In this document: piece by piece, positions 9,217 to 16,926 of the stretch
Layout: every line of letters starts with the position of its first letter
Numbering within the stretch: position 1 is the first letter of the stretch
Assembly (NCBI GenBank): GCA_964473565.1
Contig: CAYYPI010000004.1
Coordinates: 1-59,561 of the forward strand
DNA: 59,561 nucleotides
DNA from: an uncultured Gammaproteobacteria bacterium
GTDB lineage: Bacteria; Patescibacteriota; Patescibacteriia; Patescibacteriales; UBA12465
Direction of reading: 5' to 3'
Program-made: the position numbers and the translations under genes
Notes under the pieces: model-generated
Seen by the model: the letters and a program-made list of their open reading frames with translations, nothing else
Database searches by the model: none
Told to the model about the DNA's origin: nothing

Positions 9217-9219
9217 ATT

Positions 9220-9244
9220 ACCAACCATTTTTGTCAATTAAACC
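9220..9244 (-). repeat. Right terminal inverted repeat of the IS
   Basis: accaaccatttttgtcaattaaacc is the reverse complement of 8167-8191. Confidence 0.9.
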
Positions 9245-9473
9245 TTTTATTTTTATTCTTGTTTTATATTTTCTCTTTTTGTTTTTATTCTCTTTTATTT
9301 CTTCTTCCTTTGTTTTTTTCTTTTGCTTTTTCTTTTATCTTTACCCTCTCATTTAATTCTTCTCTTGTATCTTCTTTATTCTGTTGACTTAGCCTCAGTA
9401 ATTATATAAACTAATATATTGCTTTTTAAAATATAATAAATCATAAATATGTTGAACTAAAATTATAGATGTT

Positions 9474-11006
9474 ATGGAAAAAGATGAAAGTTTCTTAAAG
9501 ACTGGGCTTAAGAGATTGCTCTCTGGAGTTCAGGTAGTGGTAGTTAGGTGTTTGCAATGGGGTGACACAGGTAAAGGAAAGATTGTTGATGTTTTGATGT
9601 TTTGGGCTGACATTATTGTTCGAGGCACAGGCGGAGACAATGCTGGTCACACTATTGTAAATAAAGGTAAAAAAACCATACTTCACCTTATCCCTAGTGG
9701 AATAATGGGGGATAAGTATGGAAAGATTACCGTTATTGGACCCGGCACTGTTGTTTATCCTAAGGCTTTAACAGATGAGATGCTTAATTTAAAAAGACAA
9801 GGATTAAGCTATGACAACCTCAAGATTTCAAAGGATGCCAAGTTAATTTTGCCTACTCATATTTTTGAAGACAGAATTAAGGAGTTATCCAATGGAAAGG
9901 GAAAAATTGGAACTACTGGCAAAGGAATCGGACCGGCTTATGCTGATCATTATGCCCGCATTGGTTTAACCATGAATGATATCTTAAATGAAAATGTCTT
10001 TAGAAAAAAACTGGAAAGACATTTGCTTCATAAGACTCATTTAATGGATTACCCGCTTGATAAGTCGGAAGAGGTAATGAACTGTGATCATTTAATGAGT
10101 GGCGCCTTCTACAATGCTCATGAGCTATTTGATTTTGAGCAAATTGTGTATCAATATGTGAATTTGTTTGGTAAAGCACTGAAGCCTTATATTGAGGACA
10201 CTAATTTCCTTATAAAAGACGCTTTAAAGAGAAAAAGGAACATTTTGATAGAAGGAGCCCAGGGCGATCTTTTAAGCGTTGACTATGGCACATATCCTTT
10301 TGTAACGTCATCTGACTCCAGCCTGGAGGGCTTAGTGAAGGGCTGTGGCCTTAGAACAGAGCATGTTGACCTGGATTTGGGTATTATCAAAGGCTTCATG
10401 GAAACCAGGGTAGGTAGCGGTACTTTTCCTACAGAAATGGGCGGTGGTCTTTCCGCTGAGCATTGCGCCACTTACACAAAAGAACAAGAGGAGCTAATGT
10501 ATCCTGACGTTAGTGTTAACAGTGAAGATGATTTAAAAGCTGGTATTGCCTTAAGGAAGGTAGCTCAAGAATATGGAGCAACTACCGGTAGGCCCAGGCG
10601 CATTGGCTACCTTGATTTACCACTGTTAAGACATTCAATGAGTAGGGCTAGCCCTAAAACTAGGCTAGTTTTAACTAAATTGGATGTTTTAGGTGATGTA
10701 AAAACTATTAAAGTTTGCACTCACTACAAGTATCATGGAGACAGGTATTTTGATGGAAAAAGGGAATACAGCGAAGGTTCTTTTGTAATGACACCACCTA
10801 TGGATCATTATTTCCTGTCTTATTGCGAACCGGTGTATGAAGAGTTTCCTGCCTGGAGTGAAGATATCACAAAGATCAGGGATTACAAGGACTTACCGCA
10901 AGAGCTTAAAGACATTTTGAATTTCATTGTTGAAAATGTTGGTGCCAAAAATCAGCCAGCTATTGTATCAGTAGGGCCTGACAGAGAAGAAACTATTGTG
11001 TTATAA
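9474..11006 (+). CDS. purA: Adenylosuccinate synthetase (long form, 510 aa)
   Basis: Motifs present: QWGDTGKGKIVD, GGDNAGHT, TTGKGIGPAY, EGAQGDLLSVDYGTYPFVTSS and GATTGRPRRIGYLD. Confidence 0.92.
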   Translation: MEKDESFLKTGLKRLLSGVQVVVVRCLQWGDTGKGKIVDVLMFWADIIVRGTGGDNAGHTIVNKGKKTILHLIPSGIMGDKYGKITVIGPGTVVYPKALTDEMLNLKRQGLSYDNLKISKDAKLILPTHIFEDRIKELSNGKGKIGTTGKGIGPAYADHYARIGLTMNDILNENVFRKKLERHLLHKTHLMDYPLDKSEEVMNCDHLMSGAFYNAHELFDFEQIVYQYVNLFGKALKPYIEDTNFLIKDALKRKRNILIEGAQGDLLSVDYGTYPFVTSSDSSLEGLVKGCGLRTEHVDLDLGIIKGFMETRVGSGTFPTEMGGGLSAEHCATYTKEQEELMYPDVSVNSEDDLKAGIALRKVAQEYGATTGRPRRIGYLDLPLLRHSMSRASPKTRLVLTKLDVLGDVKTIKVCTHYKYHGDRYFDGKREYSEGSFVMTPPMDHYFLSYCEPVYEEFPAWSEDITKIRDYKDLPQELKDILNFIVENVGAKNQPAIVSVGPDREETIVL

Positions 11007-11022
11007 GCACTAAGTATGTATA

Positions 11023-11052
11023 AGTCGCTAAATAAAATTAGCGGCTTTTTTA
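11023..11052 (+). terminator. Rho-independent terminator of purA
   Basis: agtcgcta ... tagcggct stem followed by TTTTTTATT. It is nearly the same cassette as the terminator at 978-1007. Confidence 0.7.
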
Positions 11053-11312
11053 TTGTATATATTTACTTATATTGTTTTATTTTTTATATTAAAAATATAT
11101 TTTTTATCTGCTTATCCATTATATGATAGATAAATAACAAAAAAGACCTTCCGCTAGGTGTGGTTTATAAACCACGGCCGAAAGTCTTTTCTTAATATAT
11201 ATTATATTATAGTTAAATGATTTGTAAATAGCATGTATTAGTTCAGCTTAAATTATAATAATTAATCCATTCAATTAATTTTACATTAAATTCATCAACA
11301 TCATCAAGCTCT

Positions 11313-11402
11313 TGTACAGTTAACATTATAGGGTAACTGCAGTATAATTAATTGGAGGGAAGTTAAAAGAATTCAAGTAGCTGTTTATAATAAATAAAAT
11401 AT
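11313..11402 (+). pseudogene. Relic of an abiEi-type antitoxin gene (promoter/operator part fused to the last ~45 nt of the coding region)
   Basis: 11313-11346 matches 12241-12283 but lacks the 9 nt ttgacatta. 11346-11402 matches 12837-12892, which is the 3' end of the gene, the stop codon and aaatat. Confidence 0.55.
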
Positions 11403-11456
11403 AGTTAGGAAGGTTTAAAGAATGGTTTTAATATTTTTTTATTGGATATAATATAT

Positions 11457-12086
11457 TTATTCAATAATTATTACTTCTTCATCCGTTAATGTTTTAAATA
11501 ATATTTTATTTTTAATATAATAGTCCACTACTTTATCAACGGCATCAGTTTCAGAATGATTTTTGGATTTATAATGTGGAACAATTGCGTAATTTAAAAT
11601 TCCAAGACCTTCAAATATTGCTTCTTTTTGCTGTGAATAAGGAAATTGATTTACATCATCTACAAACTCTAAACCTTTTAAACTTGGGCTTAAAACACAA
11701 ATTCCTGCACTATATCCTCCATATATAATATTATTTTCATTCTTTGATAGATTTTTCAGTAATTTATCAAAACCACTTAATTTCATAGCTTGTCTTAAAA
11801 CAAAAGCGTTTCCACCTCTAACCCAAATAATATCATACTTAGAAATATCTTTTTCAAGGTTTTCCTTATTATCAAAATAATCGCGAAGATCAAATTTTTC
11901 TACTATAAATTCTAAACTTACAAGATCATCTATATCAGCTTGTTCACTTTTTATTCTTCTTTCAGAATCTGTTGAAAAATCTAGAGCATTTGAGATATAA
12001 GCTACTTTCTTATTTCCATTTTTTGCCATTTCTATAAGTTTATCACTTTGATTTCCAATTTTATATGATGATAGATAAAATTTCAT
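11457..12086 (-). CDS. Peptidase S51 family (dipeptidase E-like)
   Basis: 209 aa. VRGGNAFVL, GGYSAGICV (nucleophile Ser context) and IVPHY resemble the PepE motifs GGGNTF, GWSAGAN and INPH. Confidence 0.75.
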   Translation of the reverse strand: MKFYLSSYKIGNQSDKLIEMAKNGNKKVAYISNALDFSTDSERRIKSEQADIDDLVSLEFIVEKFDLRDYFDNKENLEKDISKYDIIWVRGGNAFVLRQAMKLSGFDKLLKNLSKNENNIIYGGYSAGICVLSPSLKGLEFVDDVNQFPYSQQKEAIFEGLGILNYAIVPHYKSKNHSETDAVDKVVDYYIKNKILFKTLTDEEVIIIE

Positions 12087-12268
12087 ATTTTTTCTTTTAA
12101 AAATTAATAAAAAATTGATTTTTTATCATATTTATAACATTATATTTTATTTAACATAAAATAAGAAAATAAATTATAATAAGGTTAATAATATAAAATA
12201 TTTATTTTATTATATCAAAATTAGTTTTAATCGACTAATTTTGTATAGTTAACACTATAGGGTAACTG

Positions 12269-12297
12269 TTGACATTACAGTATAGCTTTGATATAAT
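12269..12297 (+). promoter_or_regulatory. Consensus sigma70 promoter of abiEi-1 (TTGACA-17-TATAAT)
   Basis: TTGACA at 12269-12274, a 17-nt spacer and TATAAT at 12292-12297. The ATG is only 8 nt after the -10 element, which implies a leaderless or near-leaderless mRNA. Confidence 0.7.
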
Positions 12298-12305
12298 GTA
12301 CATAT

Positions 12306-12887
12306 ATGTACAATATAAATAAACAAAAAAATACAAAATTAGCTAATATTAAACAAAATAGATTTTTGTCTATTGCTAAGCTAGGAACCTCTGTATTTCA
12401 TATAGATGATTTAGCTAGAATTTGGGGTATTAATAATCGTAATACTCTTAGTACTAGTTTAAAGCGTTACATTGAGAGCGGCTTAATGTATAGATTATAC
12501 CGAGGGCTTTATTCTATTAAACCAGTATCAGAACTAGATCCATTACTACTAGGTGCCCAAGCAATAAATGATTATTGTTATTTAAGCACTGAAACTGTTC
12601 TAGCAAAACATGGTGTTATTTTTCAGCAAGTTGGTTATTATACGTTTGTTTCTAAAAAAACTAAACGTATTAAAATAGAGGATTATAAATATTATTCTCG
12701 TCAACTTAAAGATAAATTTCTATATAATGATATTGGTGTAGATAAAACAGGTAAATATAATATAGCAACGCTGGAGAGAGCGGTTGCTGATATTTTATAT
12801 TTTAATCCTAAATATCATTTTGATAATCCTGGTGCAATTAACTGGAAAGAAGTTAAGAAAATTCAATCAGCTGTTTATAATAAATAA
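12306..12887 (+). CDS. abiEi: AbiEi-like antitoxin / transcriptional regulator (type IV TA)
   Basis: 193 aa. The segment ..LKRYIESGLMYRLYRGLYSIKP.. is typical of the AbiEi N-terminal winged helix. The gene is followed 6 nt later by an AbiEii-type gene. Confidence 0.78.
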   Translation: MYNINKQKNTKLANIKQNRFLSIAKLGTSVFHIDDLARIWGINNRNTLSTSLKRYIESGLMYRLYRGLYSIKPVSELDPLLLGAQAINDYCYLSTETVLAKHGVIFQQVGYYTFVSKKTKRIKIEDYKYYSRQLKDKFLYNDIGVDKTGKYNIATLERAVADILYFNPKYHFDNPGAINWKEVKKIQSAVYNK

Positions 12888-12893
12888 AATATT

Positions 12894-13640
12894 ATGATTA
12901 CTTTAAATTCGCAAGATGCAATTCACAAGGCCTGGCTTTACCGGGTTTTACTTGCTATTTTAGATAATATTAATTTGCAAGACTTATATTTTAAAGGAGG
13001 TACCTGCGCGTCTATGGCTGGATTTTTAGATCGCTTTTCTGTTGATTTAGATTTTGATTATGTTGGCAAACAAAAAGATTTGCCAAAACTTAGACATGAG
13101 CTTGAGAAGATCTTTAAAAATCTGGGTTTAGAAATAAAGGACGCAAGTGTAAAGGTGCCACAATATTTCTTAAAATATCCAAGTAAAGATATTTCTGCTC
13201 GTAATACTTTAAAAATAGATATTAGTTTTCCACCACCTAAAGCTAACGTTTATGAACCTATAAGACTTGTTGATATAGATAGAATTGTTATTTGTCAAAA
13301 CGTTGCTACTATGTTTGCTAATAAATTGGTAGCAGTACTTGATCGTTTTGAGAAAAATAATTCAATTGCTGGCCGTGATATCTATGACATTCATCATTTC
13401 TTTATGAATGCCTATAGTTATAATAAAGAAGTAATAATAGAGAGAACTGATTTGAATTTAATTGATTTTTTTAATAATCTGTCTGATTTTATAAGTGAAC
13501 ATATTACTGAAACTATTTTAAGTCAAGATTTAAACCCTCTTATTCCTTATAAACGTTTTAACAAGCTTAGAAAAGTATTAAAAAGAGAAACACTTATGTT
13601 TTTGGATGATGAGGTTTTACGATTAAAAAATAGTAAATAA
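12894..13640 (+). CDS. abiEii: AbiEii/DUF1814 nucleotidyltransferase toxin (type IV TA)
   Basis: FKGGTCASMAGFLDRFSVDLDFDY supplies the GG[TS] and RxSxDxDF motifs. A later KLVAVLDR...GRDIYDIHHF motif is also present. Confidence 0.85.
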   Translation: MITLNSQDAIHKAWLYRVLLAILDNINLQDLYFKGGTCASMAGFLDRFSVDLDFDYVGKQKDLPKLRHELEKIFKNLGLEIKDASVKVPQYFLKYPSKDISARNTLKIDISFPPPKANVYEPIRLVDIDRIVICQNVATMFANKLVAVLDRFEKNNSIAGRDIYDIHHFFMNAYSYNKEVIIERTDLNLIDFFNNLSDFISEHITETILSQDLNPLIPYKRFNKLRKVLKRETLMFLDDEVLRLKNSK

Positions 13641-13782
13641 AGATAAAGAAATAATGCTCTGCTAGTAGTTAAGATTATTTAAAAAGAATTAGAATAGAAC
13701 AAATCTTTTGTTTAATGTTAGTCTAAATAAAAAAGCTAATCATTGTTTGTTTTCTTTATTTAAAGTATGTTAGAATTATATT

Positions 13783-14628
13783 ATGGAAGATATAAGCATA
13801 CTTTTAGCTAGTGATGACAATTACGCTCAACACTTGGGTGTAGTTTTGTGTTCTATTTTTGAAAACAGAAAAGGTATTTATGTGATAAATATCTATATTA
13901 TTGATGGTGGTTTAAGCAGGGAAAGTAAGTTGAAGTTAGAGGAGTTGGAGTATAGGTATAATTTTAAGATTAAATACTTAGATGCTCAGAAAGAGATTTT
14001 TAAAAACTACCCTAAATTAAGTCATTGGGGTGATATTATATACAATAAACTATTAATAGACAGATTATTGCCTAATGTTGATAAAGTTCTCTATCTGGAC
14101 TGCGATATAGTGGTTTTAGGAGATATTAGAGAATTATATGACACTAACATAGAAAACAAGGTTTTAGCAGCAGCTGAGAGATCAGAGAATGAGTTTCTAA
14201 AAGAAAGGGTGGTTATAGATAAGAAGATAAAGAACTATTTTAATGCTGGAGTATTACTCTTTAATTTAAAAGAATTTAGAAAAAAGAAAACAGGGAAGAA
14301 GTGTCTGAACTTTATTGAAGAAAATGCTCAAGAGGTAGATTATCCTGAACAAGATGCTTTAAATTATGTAATAGGTGATGATTTTGTGGAATTAGCTCAT
14401 AGATATAATTTTCTAGTAGCTAATCCTATGAAAAAGAGCTTTAAAAGACCTTTTATCATACACTACAACAGCAAAATTAAACCTTGGCATCAGATTAATA
14501 TTAATCCCTACAATAAATATTATATTAAATACTTATCTCTTAGCCCTTGGAAAAAGAATGCTAAGAAGTATAGGTTTAGAGGTAGGCTGAGAAAATATAT
14601 AGACAAGCTTTTTAATTTATTTTCTTAA
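13783..14628 (+). CDS. Glycosyltransferase family 8
   Basis: LLASDDNYAQHLGVVLCSI, the DxD segment YLDCDIVVLGDI, and NAGVLLFNL. Confidence 0.85.
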   Translation: MEDISILLASDDNYAQHLGVVLCSIFENRKGIYVINIYIIDGGLSRESKLKLEELEYRYNFKIKYLDAQKEIFKNYPKLSHWGDIIYNKLLIDRLLPNVDKVLYLDCDIVVLGDIRELYDTNIENKVLAAAERSENEFLKERVVIDKKIKNYFNAGVLLFNLKEFRKKKTGKKCLNFIEENAQEVDYPEQDALNYVIGDDFVELAHRYNFLVANPMKKSFKRPFIIHYNSKIKPWHQININPYNKYYIKYLSLSPWKKNAKKYRFRGRLRKYIDKLFNLFS

Positions 14629-14702
14629 TATCGTTAATTAAAACTATTGATCTTTATAGATATCTTTAAAAAACAAACTTAAATTAAAAAAAGGAGAATG
14701 TA

Positions 14703-14843
14703 ATGAAAAAAACTGATTTAGTATTTTATCTTTGGAGCCTATATTTAAGGTATATGCCTACTAAAACAAAGTATCGCAGTGAAGATAAGCAGATCTTAAC
14801 TTGGTGGCACAAACTAAGGATTCAAAAACAAGAATCCTATTAA
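14703..14843 (+). CDS. Candidate 46-aa small protein (not in the ORF track)
   Basis: AAGGAG at 14691-14696 lies 6 nt before the ATG. The product is MKKTDLVFYLWSLYLRYMPTKTKYRSEDKQILTWWHKLRIQKQESY, and a GAAA-tetraloop terminator follows. Confidence 0.4.
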   Translation: MKKTDLVFYLWSLYLRYMPTKTKYRSEDKQILTWWHKLRIQKQESY

Positions 14844-14870
14844 TATCTGTGCTTCTTTTTTCTTAAACAA

Positions 14871-14897
14871 GGGGAAACGAAAGTTTCCCTTTTCTAT
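14871..14897. terminator. Hairpin terminator between convergent genes
   Basis: gggaaac-gaaa-gtttccc followed by TTTTCTATT on the plus strand. Confidence 0.65.
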
Positions 14898-14929
14898 TAT
14901 ATATTAATATTTGAGCAGTTATGTTATTT

Positions 14930-16045
14930 TTATTTCCTAGTTTCCCAGGTTACTTGTTTTGATCCACTTAAGGCTAAGAGTAGAGCTAAGAGAGAAGCTA
15001 GGTTAATAATTACAAAATAATTAAAAGGCTTGAGTATTTTAATATATTTACCCAGTATAGCTAAAGTATAGAATATGGCTTGCATTATTAATATAGTTTT
15101 TATCCACTCTATTTCAGGATGTCTATAATATAATATAATATTAATAACAATTATCGCTAATAACCAAACAGGAGAGAGCCAGCGCATAATTTTATGCCAA
15201 AATAAAGAGAAAGACAAGGCTGGGTGTTTAAAAGGATTAAATAGAGATTTAATTTGTGATAGAGAACTTATACTTCTAAGTATTATCCTCACTTTTCTAT
15301 TAAATGAACTTTTAGGAGCTTTTTCATAGGCTATTGCTTGAGGTCTGTAGATAGTTTTTAGTTTTTTTTCATTTATCTTTAATGGTTCAATGAAATCACT
15401 AATTACCCACTCAGCTAAATTATAATAGTTTTCTCTTCTTAGAGCATATATTGCTCCATTTGCGCCTAAAATCATGCCTAACTTGCTCTCAGCAGTTTTT
15501 AAGACACTTTCATATGTCCAATATAGATTTTCTTGATTATATTCTCCAATATCATTAACATACTTTAAAGCCCCTACTGTAGTGCCAACCTTTTTATCAT
15601 TTAAGGGTTTGATTAGTTCTTTGATAGCTATTTTTTCATATAGACTGTTGGCATCTGAAAATACTATTACTTCACCACTAGCTTGTTTCACACTTTCATT
15701 TTGACAAATTGTTTTACCGGGATGACTAGGAAAGTCTATTAGTTTTATTCCTTTATCTTCATATGATTTAACTATCTCAACTGTTTTATCTGTAGAGCCA
15801 TCTGAGAACACTATTATCTCTAATTTATCTTTTGGGTAATCTAATTCTAAGCTGTTTTCAATCTTATCAGCTATTATTTCTTCTTCGTTATGACAAGCAA
15901 TAATTAATGAAATAAGAGGGAAGTAATCATCAGCATATTTCTTATCTCTTCTAAAAGCTGAAAAAAACAAGATCAAGAAAGGATAGCCTGCGTATATAAA
16001 TATCATGAGTGCTATTAAGATTATAAAGATTGTTGTTAGGGGCAT
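14930..16045 (-). CDS. Membrane-embedded family 2 glycosyltransferase (synthase-like)
   Basis: ISLIIACHNEEE..LEIIVFSDGSTDKT, VFSDANS, and C-terminal TM helices. The ORF track extends to 16087; the ATG at 16045 abuts the upstream stop codon and removes the 41-nt overlap. Confidence 0.85.
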   Translation of the reverse strand: MPLTTIFIILIALMIFIYAGYPFLILFFSAFRRDKKYADDYFPLISLIIACHNEEEIIADKIENSLELDYPKDKLEIIVFSDGSTDKTVEIVKSYEDKGIKLIDFPSHPGKTICQNESVKQASGEVIVFSDANSLYEKIAIKELIKPLNDKKVGTTVGALKYVNDIGEYNQENLYWTYESVLKTAESKLGMILGANGAIYALRRENYYNLAEWVISDFIEPLKINEKKLKTIYRPQAIAYEKAPKSSFNRKVRIILRSISSLSQIKSLFNPFKHPALSFSLFWHKIMRWLSPVWLLAIIVINIILYYRHPEIEWIKTILIMQAIFYTLAILGKYIKILKPFNYFVIINLASLLALLLALSGSKQVTWETRK

Positions 16046-16046
16046 A

Positions 16047-16925
16047 TTATCTATGTTTATATCCAAAGAAAGATAGGAAATATCCAATTAATTTAGTTGT
16101 TTTGCATAAACTAGCAACTAGCCATATTTTAAATATTTTCTTATTGATTATCTCTTCATTTTCATTACCTTTAGCTAATTCTTTAATCTTTTTAAAAGAA
16201 TAAAAAGGTGATATTCTTTCCCAGAAACTTTTTTTGTTTAAAGTATAGTTTGTTTTTAATTTTTTATGACTACGTAAACTACTACCAAGTCTAAGTTGTT
16301 TATGTAGTAATTCGTTTAATTTTCTAGTTGGATGATAGACAATAACATCTTCACTGTATATTAGCTTATATCCAGCATTGTAGGCCTTATTTGTCCACTG
16401 AAAATCACCTCCACTTTTAACATTAGGAAAAAGACCTATTTTATTAAATATTTCCTTCTTTACAATTAAATTTCCACCTCCAACAGAATGTTGATTTTTA
16501 GCTGTTTTTTTAAACTGAAAATGCGCTATTGAGTCAAAATATTCAGCTAATTTAGGTTTTTTAGAAAAATAAAATTTAACTTCACCACCTACTAGATCAG
16601 CATTTTTTTCTTTCATTGATTTTTCTCCATTTTTAAGCCAACTTTTATCTGCTATACAGTCAGCGTCAATAAAAGCTAAAATATCTCCTTTAGATTTTTT
16701 AATACCTACATTTCTACTTACATAAGAGCTAGCTATCTCATTTTGTTCTAAATATACAATTTTATCTTTATATCTATCTAATATTTCCTTACTCTTATCA
16801 CTAGAATTATTGTTTACTGTAATAATTTCAAAATCACCTTCATAATTTTGATTAAGTAAAGATTCAATAAGTTTTTCTAAGTATTTTTCTGCATTATAGA
16901 TGGGTATTATTATTGAAATTTGCAT
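16047..16925 (-). CDS. Glycosyltransferase family 2
   Basis: ISIIIPIYNAEKYLEKLIESLLNQ and FIDADCIA. Confidence 0.85.
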   Translation of the reverse strand: MQISIIIPIYNAEKYLEKLIESLLNQNYEGDFEIITVNNNSSDKSKEILDRYKDKIVYLEQNEIASSYVSRNVGIKKSKGDILAFIDADCIADKSWLKNGEKSMKEKNADLVGGEVKFYFSKKPKLAEYFDSIAHFQFKKTAKNQHSVGGGNLIVKKEIFNKIGLFPNVKSGGDFQWTNKAYNAGYKLIYSEDVIVYHPTRKLNELLHKQLRLGSSLRSHKKLKTNYTLNKKSFWERISPFYSFKKIKELAKGNENEEIINKKIFKIWLVASLCKTTKLIGYFLSFFGYKHR

Positions 16926-16926
16926 A

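Larger units (their letters stand above)
8146..9244 (+). mobile_element. Compact insertion sequence (IS256/Mutator-like DDE transposase) with 25-bp perfect terminal inverted repeats
   Basis: GGTTTAATTGACAAAAATGGTTGGT at 8167-8191 is the exact reverse complement of 9220-9244. An extra 21-bp tandem copy of the left repeat lies at 8146-8166. TTTTATTT directly flanks both ends (8138-8145 and 9245-9252). Confidence 0.85.

Noticed and set aside
11141-11189. Nested hairpin (aaaagaccttccgc ... gtggtttataaaccac ... ggccgaaagtctttt) between purA and the peptidase gene, considered as a small RNA.
   Set aside because: The outer stem has two mismatches and there is no promoter-like element upstream. It is most simply a second or backup terminator between convergent genes, and the evidence is too weak to call it a feature.
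16047-16087. Apparent 41-nt overlap between two glycosyltransferase genes. Similar apparent overlaps occur at 37600-37613.
   Set aside because: These are most likely artefacts of choosing the longest ORF. Internal ATGs at 16045 and 37615 abut the upstream stop codons and keep all conserved motifs.
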